Source: an uncultured Brevundimonas sp.
GTDB lineage: Bacteria; Pseudomonadota; Alphaproteobacteria; Caulobacterales; Caulobacteraceae
Reading direction: 5' to 3'
Assembly: GCA_964456995.1 (NCBI GenBank)
Contig: CAYWDO010000005.1
Span: forward strand, 2,813-49,414
DNA: 46,602 nucleotides
Below the pieces are notes generated by a model, which ran no database searches, was not told the origin of the DNA, and saw nothing but the letters and a program-made list of their open reading frames with translations. Below are positions 45,668 through 46,602 of this stretch, piece by piece; position 1 is the first letter of the stretch, and every line of letters starts with the position of its first letter. The translations under genes were made by a program, and so were the position numbers.

Positions 45668-46602
45668 ATGTCCACCGCCGCCCTGATCGCCGCCGCCTCC
45701 ATCCTGCTGGCTCCCAGCGCCACGGCCGCCACGCCAGGCCAGCCTCAGTCCACTCAACAGCCCGCCCCGCAGTCGGCCGCGCCAGCCGGCCCGACGATCC
45801 GGGACGGCGTGGCCTTCTCCCGCCTGACCGTGATCAACGGCGATCAGCCCGCCATCGAGGCGGGCGTCTGGTATCCGGCCGACGCGGCCACGGCGCCGCG
45901 CCCGCTGATCGTCGTCTCCCATGGCAACGGCGGCGATTTTCGCAGCCACCGCGACACGGTCCAGGCCTTGGCCAAGGCCGGTTTCGTCGTCGCGACCCTG
46001 ACCCACACGGGCGACAACTGGCGCGACCAGAGCCGCGCCACCGATGTGGTCGGCCGCACCCGCCAGCTATCGGTGCTGATCGACCACATGCTCGGCCAAT
46101 GGGACGGCAGGGCCGGGATCGACGCAGAGCGGATCGGGGCGTTCGGGTATTCCGCCGGCGGCTTCACCGTGCTGGCGGCGGCGGGCGGCAATCCCGACCT
46201 GACGCGACTGGTCGATCACTGCCGCGCCAATCCGGCCTTCTATGATTGTCACCTCGTGGGCCGTCATTCAGGGACGCTGAACAGCGGCCAGGGCACGCCG
46301 CGCCTGCCCCACGACCGCCGCCTCAAGGCCCTGGTCGTCGCCGCCCCGGCCTTGGGCTTCACCTTCACCCGCGAGGGCCTGGCCAATGTGAATCAGCCGG
46401 TCCAGCTATGGCAGGCCGGGGGCGACCAGATTCTGCCGTCGCCCTTCTACGCCGAGCCGGTGCGCGACGCCCTGCCGCGCTCGCCGGAGTACAGGCGTAT
46501 CGACGGCGCCGGCCATTTCGACTTCATGCCGCCCTGCTCGCCTGAGTTGGCCGCCAACGCCCCGATGATCTGCGCTCCAACCCCCGGCTTCGATCGCGCC
46601 GC
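45668..46602 (+). CDS. Exported alpha/beta hydrolase, dienelactone hydrolase-like (3' partial)
   Basis: Not in the ORF track because there is no stop. Manual translation: MSTAALIAAASILLAP...VWYPAD...LIVVSHGNGG...GAFGYSAGG...DQILP...GAGHFDFMPPC. Confidence 0.85.
   Translation, partial: MSTAALIAAASILLAPSATAATPGQPQSTQQPAPQSAAPAGPTIRDGVAFSRLTVINGDQPAIEAGVWYPADAATAPRPLIVVSHGNGGDFRSHRDTVQALAKAGFVVATLTHTGDNWRDQSRATDVVGRTRQLSVLIDHMLGQWDGRAGIDAERIGAFGYSAGGFTVLAAAGGNPDLTRLVDHCRANPAFYDCHLVGRHSGTLNSGQGTPRLPHDRRLKALVVAAPALGFTFTREGLANVNQPVQLWQAGGDQILPSPFYAEPVRDALPRSPEYRRIDGAGHFDFMPPCSPELAANAPMICAPTPGFDRA

Noticed and set aside
1-46602. CRISPR array, tRNA/rRNA, IS element or prophage
   Set aside because: No regularly spaced repeat-spacer units, cloverleaf or rRNA signatures, or transposase, integrase or phage structural ORFs were seen.

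Overview
High-GC alphaproteobacterial chromosome segment. Gene content and protein style point to Caulobacteraceae, probably Brevundimonas (inference, not proven). About 39 credible CDSs; no tRNA, rRNA, CRISPR, integrase or transposase was seen. Left part: partial CxxCxxCC protein, PL10 pectate lyase, DUF3667-like membrane protein, GT9, pyrC, prephenate dehydrogenase, a RIME-like palindromic repeat, an sdpR-sdpI-hydrolase module and an SDR. The most unusual block is 9114-15859. It is a five-gene minus-strand operon with an ATGA overlap at every junction (GNAT, Zn-free ThiF/E1-like adenylase, polytopic membrane protein, YghO/bacterial-ceramide-synthase-like GNAT, Acg/nitroreductase-fold flavoprotein), and it ends stop-to-stop with a RoxA/MauG-type diheme cytochrome c lipoprotein. 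It looks like an uncharacterised N-acyl small-molecule (oxazolone-like) biosynthesis and sensing system. Further right: M3 oligopeptidase, MDR oxidoreductase, GAF-PAS hybrid kinase, MCP, SLC13 permease, lipoprotein, NAGGN osmolyte genes with a divergent MarR, SulP preceded by a structured (sul1-like) leader, arsRCH with divergent arsB, TonB receptor plus M14 peptidase, an alpha-KGSA dehydrogenase like Caulobacter XylA, a CPBP protease, a membrane LytTR regulator and a partial alpha/beta hydrolase. All family calls come from motif recognition by eye; no database search was run.
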